The position numbers and the translations under genes were made by a program. Source: Camelus ferus (Eukaryota). Taken from it: a stretch of 64,000 nt of DNA. Shown piece by piece: positions 50,787-62,590 of this stretch (position 1 is the stretch's first letter; each line of letters starts with the position of its first letter). Where the stretch lies: NCBI RefSeq assembly GCF_009834535.1, contig NC_045697.1, forward strand, positions 99,016,001 through 99,080,000, given 5' to 3'. The notes below the pieces were generated by a model. That model was not told where the DNA came from. It did no database searches and worked only from the letters and a program-made list of their open reading frames with translations.

Positions 50787-51180
50787 TGATTCCGTTATAC
50801 ATATATATTCCTTTTCATATTCTTTTTTATTATAGGCCATTACAAGGTATTGAATATAGTTCCCTGTGCTATACAGTAGGACCTTTTTGTTTATTTATTT
50901 TATATATATCAGTATATACAAACTTTTAACTCCCAATTTATTTCTCCCTACACCCTTTCCCTCCTGGTAACCGTAGGTTTGTTTCTATGTCTATGAGCCT
51001 GTCTCTGTTTTGTAAATAAATTCATTTGTGTCCTATTTTTTTTTTTTAGATTCCACATGTAAGTAATATATTTGTCTTCTCTGTCTGACTTGCTTCACTT
51101 AGAATGACAATCTCCAGGTCCATCCATGTTGCTGCAAATGGCGCTGTTTTATTCTTTTTTATGGCTGAGTGGTATTTCAT

Positions 51181-51218
<38 letters not shown>

Positions 51219-51275
51219 TAATGTGGTATGTATATATACCACAACTTCTCTATCCAGTCAGACAATGGACATGTT
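50787..51275 (-). mobile_element. L1 3'UTR fragment with (TA)n(CA)n
   Basis: Same 3'UTR as the L1 copies at 20.0, 27.6 and 61.5 kb. Confidence 0.85.
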
Positions 51276-51666
51276 TAAATGCTGATGGAAAGAGTCTGTA
51301 GAAAGGGAGAGACTGAAGAGAAAAAGAGGAGTGAATCCATCCCAGAGAAGGTAGTTGAGGAGAGTTCAGGGTCCAGGAGGACAGGATGGATGAGGATGAC
51401 CTGTCCATTGTAACCAGAGGAAAGGGGAAAGGTGGAAGAAGATGGGTGTGATGATTTGGTGGCACATGTTACAGGTGTCCTTTTCTGGCAGCATCTACCA
51501 GATGGGGTGGGGTGATCTGCTGAGGGTGCTGTGGAAGGAGAAAGGATTGCAGGTGGAGGTTTGCAGCAGTCACTCTGGAGATCAGGAGAGAGTTGACTCA
51601 AGAAACAAGATGGGGCTGCAGAGGTCGAAGAGATGTTACCTGTGTAGTAATTGAGTGAGCTAGTTG

Positions 51667-52142
51667 TGTTACCAACCTGGGTTCCTGGATTCTGTAATCA
51701 ATAGAAATTGATGAGGCCAGACGAGAAATTCAGGCAAGGCTTTATTTGGACTCTTGCTGCAGCACAAGGAGTGAAAACAAGTAACAGGTTCCCTTGCTCG
51801 CTCCCTGAGGTGGCGTGGGCTGGTCCCTTAAATGGGGTGAGGGTACGGGTAGGGGCCAGGGTCAGGCTGGAGGGGTGGCTTAGGTGGTCTGCCCACCCCC
51901 TTGCTGGTGCTGTGGGCAGGGATCATGCCTAGTAGCCTGGTTTTGCTCCTGACACCTCAGAAATGGCAATTGGGTTTTTGGTCTTTTTGTATCTTGTTGT
52001 TCGTGACTGGCCCCGACTGCACATGCACACAGTTATTTTTAGTCCCTTATAGTTTATTTGTATTCTGTTGCTTACAGAGATGTTTGTCTAGGTACAAGCA
52101 CTGCAATAAAGGGTCCCAAGTACCAGATCCCAGTCTGCCTCC
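51667..52142 (-). mobile_element. ERV1-type solo LTR
   Basis: tgttacc start, tttatt; 4-bp TSD gttg at 51663-51666 and 52143-52146. Confidence 0.8.
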
Positions 52143-52397
52143 GTTGGAAGGGTGAGAAGTTACTGTGGTAGGTATGATTTCCAAGGAGGAGTGGATCTGC
52201 TGCTATGAGGTCAAGGGTGTGACCATGAAGTGAGGAACTCTAGTCATCATGGTGGATCCTGAGGTGACTTAAGATGCTGACAGGTCATGGAGTGGAGACA
52301 AAGAGCTTAAATCAAGAGCCAAAATCTTCACTGGAAGACGGGAGCCTGCATGGAGTAGGGTTTTGAAAATAAGGAGTCCCTGTGCCAGGAGGCTGGC

Positions 52398-52955
52398 CTG
52401 ACTTTAGAAACGGTGCTCCTCTGGCTGACGAAGGTCTACAAACCAGTATAAAGATGGCCTGTTTTTTTTTTTCAAACTGTGATACAAGCTAATTAAGATG
52501 TCTCAGCGTAAAAAATTTCCAAAAATAGTCTACCAAATGGTCCAGTCAACTGTGCAATAAATGAATGCAGCAGGGGGAAGAAATCTGCATAACAGTCAAT
52601 GGTTGTCTTCATAAAAACGTTCCCTTAACACGTCAATGACTTCACTTCAAAGCCGAACTGTTTTTTTCCATTATAAACTGGTTTGCATTATCCATTCCTT
52701 GATTCCTTTTTTTAAGGGTGTTTAATCCAGAGTTGGCTAAATCTCTACTTTAAATGCCACAGTTAAGCCTCATAATTCATTTCTGTCTTAGTGGAAATAG
52801 CTGACCACTATACTCGTCATAATAGCTTTTAATGTCCTTATTGAAGGCAGCTATTAATTTCACATACTCTGCCTTTTTTTCCAAGCGAAATCCCGCTTCT
52901 GTTATCTCTTTCACAGTGTATACTTCTCTACCCCTTAATAATTTTATATGCAAGC
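52398..52955 (-). pseudogene. Large pseudo-exon
   Basis: gatttttAG acceptor, phase 1. LHIKLLRGREVYTVKEITEAGFRLEKKAEYVKLIAAFNKDIKSYYDEYSGQLFPLRQK*IMR, one frameshift, then ..GIKEWIMQTSL*WKKTVRL*SEVIDVLRERFYEDNH*LLCRFLPPAAFIYCTVDWTIW*TIFGNFLR*DILISLYHSLKKKNRPSLYWFVDLRQPEEHRF. Donor uncertain. Confidence 0.7.
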
Positions 52956-53999
52956 CTAAAAATCACCCTTTAAAAAGCAACAGATTTAATAGAACCATGT
53001 ATTTTTATTAAGAGCATCCAAAGACAGGTCAGTACAAGGACACTGGAGATACTATGTCTAGGAAAATTTCTACCTTAATAAGGAATTATTTTTTGCATAT
53101 ATAATTCCTGTGGGTAAGCCAGGGTGTCTCTTTCTCTGATCTTCAGCAGCATGAAACCAGTCTTAGAGTACAGTCACGGCTACTGTGCGTCATTAAGTGA
53201 GCACTGACACTGTGCCAGGCTCTGGGCTAAGTATCGTATACACACCTCATTTAAACATCACAAGACTCCTGTGAGGTCAGTATTTGTATTACCCCCATTT
53301 TATGGACAGGGAAATGAGCTTAGAGTTTAGGTACATGCCTGAGGGGTACAAGCAAATAAAAAGCAAAACTTGAATTCAAAGTTCATTCAGTCTAAATCAA
53401 AAATCCATGCAGTTAATGAACTTTTTGCTGCTGTGATAAGAATGTAGGATGAATGTGTGTGTGTGTGAGAGAGAGGCTGGTGTAGTAAAGATGTTCGGGG
53501 AGGGGCAGGGATAGGCATATATATAAAGAATAAAGAGTGTGGCAAAAGATTTGGGAACAAGTGAAGCAGAGAAGCACCAGAACTAAAAAAAATGTAAAGC
53601 AGCATAGATATATATATATATATATAATGGCGAAACTACACAAGAAGGAGTGGGAAACCCTTATCCCTTCCAGAGTAGGCTTTTCCACTTTTTTTATTCC
53701 TTGGAAATCCATAGGAACAGTCTAGAATCTAGGGAAAGCCTAGACTAAGTTTTCTTAACGATATTCTGACTTTCCTATCTGTACTTATCTCTTCTCGGGT
53801 GGGAGGCCTGTAATTAGAAGCCCTGCCTTCTCTTAGCCTGGGAGCAGACAAGTGACCCCGGTTAAGCCAGTCAGATGTCTGCCTCACCTTGGAATCTGAC
53901 TCTCGGGTGTGCCATCTCATCCCAGTGGTGGGTCCTCATCAGAATTTTTCTGCCACAGGGTTGCTCTCTAGCCTTTGAGCTTAAATCTGGACTCTCAAC

Positions 54000-54280
54000 T
54001 CTATTTCTTTGATCTATATGTGTTTCCTTATGCCAGTACCACTGTCTTGATTATTATGGCTTTGTAATAAGTTTTAAAATTAAGAACTCTGAGTCCTCCA
54101 ACTTTGCTCTTATTTTTCAAGATTGCTTTGGTTATTCTGGGTCCCTTGCATTTCCGTATGAATTTTAAGATCAGTTTGTCCATTCATTTCTATACAAAGA
54201 GGCAGCTGAGATTTTGATAAAAATTGTATTGAGTCTGTAGATCAATTTGGGGAGTGTTGCTATCTTAACAACATTATGTT
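54000..54280 (-). mobile_element. Old L1 ORF2 fragment
   Basis: tgccagtaccactgtcttgattattatggctttgtaataagt..tcctccaactttg..ttcaagattgctttgg. Confidence 0.75.
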
Positions 54281-56313
54281 AATGACATTTATGATAAGAA
54301 TCTTTACATTTTACTCTGCCCTGCAGCTCAGTGTGTCTTAGTTGGCAATAGTACTTGAATTTGGGCCTCTATGTGTTGGCCCAGTGGGAATGGAAAATGG
54401 CTTGGCTGCATGTGATTTTCTCATCAGTTGTTGAAACAGAGGCTTACAAGGACAATCTTTCTGGAATGTGCCCTTGACCAACTTATTTTTGTTATAAGAA
54501 AATTTATCCTTGTATGCACAATCGTATTTCTGTTGGTGTCTACATGAATTTTACTTTGGAACCCCTGATTTGGGGTGGTAGTACACAGGTAGAATGTTTA
54601 GTCAATTGATTCCTTGCTATTTGGAGGGAAGAAAAGTCAACACCTCCTATTTTCCAGCAAAATTCATTGTGTTTCTAAGACTGTTCTTTGACTCTTCTGG
54701 TTTTAGCAAGGATCCCCAGATTGGGGGTTATATTCAGGTCATGTCCAGATTGGCCATGAGTTTTCGCATAATTCTCGGGGGAACGCCACAGATACAGTGT
54801 CAGGCTCCTGTATTAAAATAAGATCCTGTATTAAAATGAGATATTAAAATGAGATATGATGATGCCAGGTGCACACTAATGATAGCTAACATTTGTTGAG
54901 GATTTAGCATGTTCTGGATAGGGAGCATTATCCTAATTAAGTCTTACAGTGTCTTTGAGAGCTAGGCATTACCATCATCCTACCAATATTGTTCTTGAGG
55001 AAACCAGGAGGATTAGGTAACTTGCCCCAGGCTAACAGCTAATAAGTAGAGTTGCTGGAAGTTGAACACAGGCAATTTGATTTCAAAGCCCATACTTTGC
55101 GTTATGGATCATAATAGATACTCAATAGATGCATTCTTCCTTTAATTAATTAATTTATTCAATCAATCAATCAGTAGGTGTTTGTTCACTGATTGGGCTT
55201 AGTAATTATCAGTAAGCAAAACAAAGAAACTTTCTGTCCTATTAGGGGCTTACCCTCCAGTGGGGGCCAAGACAATAAACAACCAACAATTAACATACTA
55301 AACATATATTAAATAAGTCAGTCATAAAGTATGTTGGAAGTTATTAAATATAGTGGAAAAAAATGAAATAGAGCAGGTGTAATGGGGGCTGGGAGTGGGT
55401 GTATGTGGATGGGCTTCATTGAGGGGGTATCATGGAGCACAGATTGAAGGAGATGAGGGAGTTCCTTGGATTCCTATCCCAACCCCCTTTTTTCTATACT
55501 TGTAAACATTTTTCAGTGAAATTTAACCCAGAGTAATATCTGCCACCTCCTATCCAGGGGGTGATATTGTATTTGCTGTACTATCTATAGGCTCCTTGGA
55601 ATTTTCGCTAAGCAGAGGACTCAGAACTTAGGTTATCAAGTTACTGGAAAGTGTAAGTGATAATAAATAGCTTGGCGTCAATCATTTGGACATTAGGTGA
55701 AAACAGAGTTCCCCACCCCTCACCCCGCCACCAGCGTATCTGATTTATGTACATATGTTGACTCAGTTGCAAGGATATCTATAAAACTCAGGGCAAGATA
55801 ATCATCACAGGCAACCGACACAGAGAACCAGACTGAGAAGCTCATGAAAAATGAAACCAAACACCTGTTTCCTCTCCAGTCTTGGTTGCAGGCAAACGTT
55901 TTCCAGGGCAGACAGCAGAATATATGAGAAGTACTGTGGGTTTGTTTGTTTTGGGCTTCACTTTAGATGCCTGGTGTCTTGACAGAAAATATTTATTGCA
56001 CTGCTCTTGAGAAATATTTTGGTATGTCACTTATTACAAAAAGGAAAAAGGAATCAAACCGGCATCAAACATACACACGTCTAGGCTGAGCTGCCAGTTT
56101 GTTTCAGTCCTTCACTGGATTGCCAGCTCCCTGAGGCCAGGGTGTGTATCTGTCTTGGTGACGCTCGATACTTGTTTGTTGACTTAAGGCTGAAGAAGAG
56201 AAAGAAGGAAGGCAAGAAAGAAAAATGGCAAGACAGAAAGAAAAGAAGGAAAGAAAAGAAAAGAAAGAAAAATAAAGAGGGAAGAAAAAAGTGGATTCTT
56301 TTTATTCAGTTGC

Positions 56314-56598
56314 CTTAGATATATACTGAGCGGCGTTTGAATAGAGGGTGGTATTGTAAGATTAGGCTGTAAGGACAAACCATTTAACTTTTGTGCTGTT
56401 TGTATACTAATTGCTTTTTGACTGTGACAATTGTGAAAGAGGCGTTTGTGCTTGCAAAGAGTGACAGTAATTCACTCTTTTGTTGGTATGCTAATGCCTG
56501 TCTTCGGGAGGTGAAACTCACGGCAGTGGCAATAATGTTCACGAGGTTTTTTTCTGGACAGCCACGTCAATCAGTATTTGACCATATATGTACTGGGG
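56314..56598 (-). pseudogene. Pseudo-exon
   Basis: tcttttctcAG acceptor, AAG|GCAACT (GC-type or decayed donor), 285 nt, phase 1 to 1. PVHIWSNTD*RGCPEKNLVNIIATAVSFTSRRQALAYQQKSELLSLFASTNASFTIVTVKKQLVYKQHKS*MVCPYSLILQYHPLFKRRSVYI*. Confidence 0.68.
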
Positions 56599-57448
56599 CT
56601 GAGAAAAGATCCTTTTATTAGTGATTTCCAAATTGCAGAAATCAATCTAATTGTCTGTGACCAGCAATTAAGAAAAATGGTACAGAACAGAAACGAATAG
56701 AACAGCCGAGAGTGCCTTGTGTGCTGTGTGTGTTACCATCACATCCATGTGTACTGGATGGAGAGGGACAATGCATTGCTTCCTGTGAAAGGCGTTTCAA
56801 AGAAAAGTTTGAAGCTCAGACTTCTAGTCAGTGAAATGACCGGATTGGTATAGGGATGATCCCCAGGTCACGAGGAAAGCCACTGAAATCCTCCTGAAGC
56901 TCAAATCGTATTGAGTTTAGTAGAGAAGCACTGAGCTTCTATCCTGGTTCAAATCCAACCACGAGCACTGACTCTGAGCCTTTGTTTCCTTATGTACAAG
57001 ATGGAATATGAGTAGTATCCACTTTATAAAGTTGTTTTGAGTATAAAAAATGAATTAATATGTGTGCTTAGAGGAGCACCTGGCACATATTTAGGGTTAG
57101 AGGAGCATTGGTGATTGTTACTGGGGTGCTGCTGCTGCTGTTAGGGGATGAGCACCAGGGGAGAAGGTATGTGTACCGATGTCTTGTTTAACCCGAGACT
57201 GAGTATGAATTTCAGCACATGCAATACTTTGTACCTTATTAGAAGTTGAGTCTGGCTTTTAAGGAGAAATACCCACCATCTTAAAAACCAACTTTCTTCC
57301 TAGATGTCCTACATAAGATCATGTGCAGTAACTGGAGGGCACATTTTATTTGGATATGCAGTAATTTTTTTGTTTGCTTGTTTGTTTTCATTTTTTAACT
57401 TTTAAAATTTGAATGCCCTTAGGCAGGGTCTTGTACTCTCTCACTTAC

Positions 57449-57895
57449 CCCAGTCCTTGTCACTTCCTATTGGCTTCATTTCGCCACTTGACAATTTATA
57501 TTACCTGTCTGGTTCCTGGATGCCTTTGAGTTTTAAATCCCTGCTAAAGACGGAAGTGCCTCTAACTTCCTCACTCCGCACCGAATTCCTCTTCAGCTTT
57601 AGATCTTTAAAGTGAATCAACACATTATCGCTTAGCTGGCTTCCCCCTTTCCTGCATGTCTCCTGGCAGTTTACCCAGGATGCGGAGGGCAGCGGTTGCT
57701 CTGCTGTAAGCATCTTATCCAGCTCCCTTGTGGAAGCCACTCTGAAATGGAAAGAAAGGCTTCTTTGAAGCACATATTTTGCCGGGCACAAAGCCACACA
57801 TATCTGCCCAGGGACGACACCAGACTCCTGTACTGAATTCCAGAACTCTTGAGAGTTAGAGGAGGTGTGGGAATTCTCTGTGTTGATATTGTAAC
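57449..57895 (-). pseudogene. Pseudo-exon (nearly open)
   Basis: ttttatttttctctAG acceptor, perfect G|GTAAGT donor, 447 nt, phase 1 to 1, a single TAA. YNINTENSHTSSNSQEFWNSVQESGVVPGQICVALCPAKYVLQRSLSFHFRVASTRELDKML... Confidence 0.72.
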
Positions 57896-58026
57896 CTAGA
57901 GAAAAATAAAATCTAAGTAAGTTGGTATATTATGGGCCTTAGCTTTTTTAAACAAGGTCTTGACTTTAGATGGCACTATTTGCTAAAAAGCCAGAAATGC
58001 CACACGTATTGAATCTAATTTATCAC

Positions 58027-58406
58027 CACACTGATTCCTGTAGAGAGGTGGGTGGCATAGATTTGAGGAAGGTGTAGCCACCAAATGGCTGCTCACACTA
58101 AAAATATCTAAGGTTGTATAGATGAAAAAGCCATGGGTTTCAACCATTCCATGAAAAAGCACAGAGGTCTGACTTTTCTGGTTAATCTGGTGGATGTAGT
58201 TGGCCCAGGGCTGTACCATGTGGCCATCCCCATTGATAACACCTGCCATTTCACTTAGGGCTGCATAAGGACTCCCGAAGTCTACAGTTCCCTCAAGGGC
58301 CATTAGAGTCAATGAGGAGAAAAAAATTCTTCAGAAAACACAGCGTGAATAATGGCAGCGAGAGAAGTTATAGCCCACTCATATATTTTTGAAATGTAGG
58401 TCAGAT
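58027..58406 (-). pseudogene. Pseudo-exon (3' boundary uncertain: 58027 or 58006)
   Basis: tttctttcacttcctctAG acceptor, phase 1. LTYISKIYEWAITSLAAIIHAVFSEEFF, frameshift in a T7 run, then SSLTLMALEGTVDFGSPYAALSEMAGVINGDGHMVQPWANYIHQINQK... Confidence 0.65.
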
Positions 58407-58617
58407 CTAGAGGAAGTGAAAGAAACTTCCTGTTGAATTTTCATTTATAGCATGTGTCTGGAAATCTCTAAATGTAATTTCTTGGTGTAAAATAAACTGC
58501 AGAAATCTGGGATGTGTCAGTCTGCTTTATGTTTATTGAAGCCATTCTATTTGAAGCCAAAATGTTGTAAAATTATATAGTGGAGTGAACAGCTACAATT
58601 AGTTTAACAGACATGAC

Positions 58618-58779
58618 CGTGTTCCTCAATTGAAAAGCTGTCAAGACTTCAACAATCAGATACAAAAAAGATCCAGGAATCCTATAAAATCCTGTCTCCT
58701 AGGAAGGATAACATTTCCCTTTGGTTGCTACACATCTCTTTCTGTATTTTACTATCTTCTACCGTCTTTTTGTGGTTGA
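58618..58779 (-). pseudogene. Candidate pseudo-exon
   Basis: Poly-T then TAA (decayed acceptor), 162 nt, phase 1 to 1, donor G|GTCATG. NHKKTVEDSKIQKEMCSNQREMLSFLGDRIL*DSWIFFVSDC*SLDSFSIEEH. Confidence 0.5.
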
Positions 58780-58863
58780 TTAAAAAAAAAAAAAAAAAAA
58801 GCACTCCCGGAGGGGAAGCAGTCACAAATTTTGTTTTAAAAGATTTGAATCAGTTAGGACTAC

Positions 58864-59306
58864 TTGTATGTTTTGATGATCCCTTAACCAAGCTCTCAAA
58901 ATAAACAAGGTTTGGGCAAAACTAAAAATCTCATCACTACGGTGTGATAGACATCCCATTTTAACTTATCTATAGTCTACTTTGATTTGGGGATTTGCTT
59001 TTAAATTGAGGTGAGGACTCTATTAGTTGTCAAAGTAATGCTACTCTTGATGACACTTGGTGTCACTTGGCTTTGTTTTTGCCTGTACTGAACTGTTGGC
59101 TGCCTATACAACCAGCAGTAGAAGCTCTGATTCTGCGGTTGTGTCCACCCTCATATGCTCTGTAAAGGTAACCCTATTTCCTATCCGGGGATACATCATT
59201 GTTTTGCAGGGCCAGTCATGGTATCCCATTTGCTTTGACAGAGCAGAGAGATGGAGTGAATCTGGGTCCTTTGTGATACCATGAAACCATCAAACCCTGA
59301 AGCAAC
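58864..59306 (-). pseudogene. Candidate first coding pseudo-exon
   Basis: tttcactgtAG acceptor. MVSWYHKGPRFTPSLCSVKANGIP*...GYLYRAYEGGHNRRIRAS..., with several stops and a frameshift. Confidence 0.35.
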
Positions 59307-61152
59307 CTACAGTGAAACTTAAAAATGTGAGAGAATTTTTTTTTTTAATGTATAAGCCAAATTCAGTCAGGACTTTCTGTTACTTGGTTCCCCAGACACA
59401 CTAATACTGCAGCAAAGAAAATATCTCTGTAATGCTGTTGGGGATGGAGCCTTCTGCTTCATGGGCTGAGCTAAGACTTTCCTTTAGAAAGACTGGAAAG
59501 ACAGCATGCTATTGAGCAAAGAGGCCTGGATTTAGGGTCAGAATAACCAGTTCTAAATCTGTCATTTATTATTTGTGTGATCTCATGCAGGTAGTTTAGT
59601 CTGCCTGAGCCTCAGATTAACAGTGCTAACTCCTGGGCTGATTGTCAAGGTTAAATGAAGTAATGTGTTGGAAAGGCTGTCAGATGGAGTATCCTTCAGA
59701 TGGAGTATCCTTGAGGGCAAAAATTGTGTTGTGCTTATCTTTGTTACCCCATCACAATGGCTAACATATAGCAGAAAATACTTACATATTATCTACTTTG
59801 TGCGGTGTTTTTCATGTATTAAGTATTTTTCATGTATTTTCCAGCTCATTTAATTGTAACAATGACATATTATTACTACACTTTACAGATGAAGAAAGAG
59901 GCTCAGAGAGATCAAGTAATTTGCCCAGAGTCATCCAGACAGGAAGTAGTAGAGACAAGATTTGAATCCAGGCAGTCTTCAGAGTCTAGAGTCTCAGCTA
60001 TACAATAGTCTACATAGTGGAGGTTTAGTATTTATTAACTGGGTGAATGGTACCTGGTAGGAGTTCAATGAATGTTTATTGAACAAATGGGATGTAGTAG
60101 TTGAATAACAATTTCTTTTTCTTAAGAAGAAATGTTACACTTTGATTTTTTTTTTATGTTGGATAAAAAGTAATTCTTCCAAATTTAATGAGCTTCTATG
60201 ACCATGGGTCAATTTGGGGGACATTTTCCATGGCCATGAAAGTGGCCCCCAGGGCAGCCACCTTAGGATCAGGCCTGAATATAAGGATTATTCTCTCTTA
60301 AGTCTGGAGAGTCTCTGAAATGTAGAATACGCTTAGTTTTTCCTATTAACTTCTCTCCCAAATGGTTTGTGAGAGCATATGCTGGGACAGTTCTAGCTGC
60401 TAGAACATCCTGGTCACACACCCATGAATAGTTGTAGCTAAAGATTGGTTAGGTAGGTGAGCATCTCATTTCTCTGCCATGTCCCCTTCCCTGGGGCCCT
60501 CGGTGCCTCTGCTCCATCCTCAGCACCAGCAGTGTTCTGCTCACCACTCTACCACCTCCACCCACTCCCATTCAGACCTTCGGTCAACAAACTGTCCTGA
60601 AGGAAAGAGGTCTAACAGTGAAACCAAACACATAAATGACCAAAATAGTAAATTGCACACCAAGAAATATAATTTACTTTTAGCTTAATGAATCTGTTCT
60701 TCCTCTGATGACAATAGATAGAAGGACACATCTCAACTCCAGGAGGTCAAGCTGACAGGCCAGTAGGAAAGAGTTGGTTTGGGAAAGAAGCCTTCTCCAG
60801 AATGACAAGTGACATCTTAGAAGGAGGCCACCTATTCATATTTTGAACATTTAGTTGTCAATAACCCTGTCATCTCTTAAGTACATGGCCTTCCTCTTCT
60901 CCTTTCCAGGCCTCCTTCCCCTCCCTCCACACCTTCACTCCTTCCCATCTTCTCAGGGAAGCCACAGTCTCCCGTATTTGTCGAAAGTCAACTGTAGAAT
61001 GGAGAACGCAGCCATAGAACTGGTCTTTGTGGAAATATTGCTTTCAAATTACTCCCTGTTCCAGACCTCATACACTTTATAAATATAAACAGAACAAGAA
61101 ATTTAGCAATTTTATTTTAAAAAAGTCCTAATAAACATTAAATTCTAAACTT

Positions 61153-61472
61153 AGCATGGGCCAACAGAAATATAACACAAGCCACAAATGAGAGCCACAT
61201 ACATAATTTAAAATTTTCTGGTAACCACACATTACGTAAAAAGAAACAAGTGGAATTAATTTAAATGAAATGTTTATTTAACCTAGTGTATTAAAAATAT
61301 AACCATTTTAACACATAATCAACATAAAATTATTGATAAGATTTTTAATATTTTTTTCATATTAAGTCTTTGAATGCAGTTTTACACTTATGACACATGT
61401 CAATTCAGACTAGCCATATTTCCAATACTCGGTAGCTGCATGTGGCTATTGGCTACCATAATGGACTATGCA
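61153..61472. mobile_element. MER33/MER3-like hAT element
   Basis: ccaacagaaatataa..agccacat..taatttaaaattttctggtaaccac..gactagccatatt..catgtggctattggctacc. Confidence 0.75.
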
Positions 61473-61505
61473 CCTCTATACTACTCATATCTTTTCACAT
61501 ATTCT

Positions 61506-62590
61506 TTATTTATTTTTAATTGAAGTACAGTCAATTACAATGTGTCAATTTCTGGTGTACAGCACAATGTCCCAGTCATGCATATACATACATATATTTG
61601 TTTTCATATTCTTTTTCATTTAAGTTATTACAAGATATTCAACATAGTTCCCTGTGCTATATAGAAGAAACTTTTTTAAAAATCTATTTTCATATATAGT
61701 GCTAACATTTGTAAATCTCAAACTCCCAAATTTATCCCTTCCCACTCCATTCCCCCAAGAACCATAAGATTGTTTACTATGTCTGCGAGTGTGTTTCTGT
61801 TTTGTAGATGAGTGTCCTTTTTTTTTTTTTTTTTTGGTTCCACATATGAGTGATATCATATGATATTTTTCTTTCTCTTTCTGGCTTACTTCACTTACAA
61901 TGATGATCTCCAGGTCCATTCATGTTGCTGCAAATGGCATTATTTTATTCTTTTTTATGGCCAATTAGTATTCCATTGTATAAATATACCGCAACTTCTT
62001 TATCCAGTCATCTGTCTATGGACATTTAGGTTGCCCTCATGTCTTGGCTGTCGTATATAGTGCTGCTATGAACATTGGGGTGCATGTATCTTTTTGAATT
62101 AGAGTTCCTTCTGGATATATACCCGGGAGTGGGATTGCTGGATCATATGGTAAGTCTGTTTTTAGTTTTTTGAGGAATGTCCATACTGTTTTCCATAATG
62201 GCTGCATCAAACTGTTTCCCACCAGCAATGTAGGAGGGTTCCCTTTTCTCCACACCCTCTCCAGCATTAATTTTCATGGACTTTTGAATGACGGCCATTC
62301 TGACTGGTATGAGGTGATACCTCATTGTAGTTTTGATTTGCATTTCTCTGATAATTAGCACTATTGAGCATTTTTTCATGTGCCTGTTGGTCATTTGTGT
62401 GTCTTCATTGGAGAATTGCTTGTTTAGGTCTTCTGCCCATTTTTGGATTGGGTTGTTTGTTTTTTGTTATTAAGTTGTATGAGCTGTTTATATATTCTGG
62501 ATATTAAGCACTTGTCAGTCTCCTCTTTTGCAAATATTTTCTCCCATTCCGTAGGTTGTTGTTTTGTTTTGCTTATGGTTTCCTTTGCTG
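61506..62590 (-). mobile_element. 5'-truncated young L1
   Basis: ORF2 C-terminal motifs ([29 protein letters not shown]); perfect 14-bp TSD ttttcacatattct at 61492-61505 and 62591-62604. Confidence 0.92.

Noticed and set aside
30009..52955. RasGAP-like fragments in the pseudo-exons (KRLILIAQGLQ, TILSP, CRFLPPA)
   Set aside because: Too short and not spaced like a RasGAP domain; no family assigned without an HMM search.
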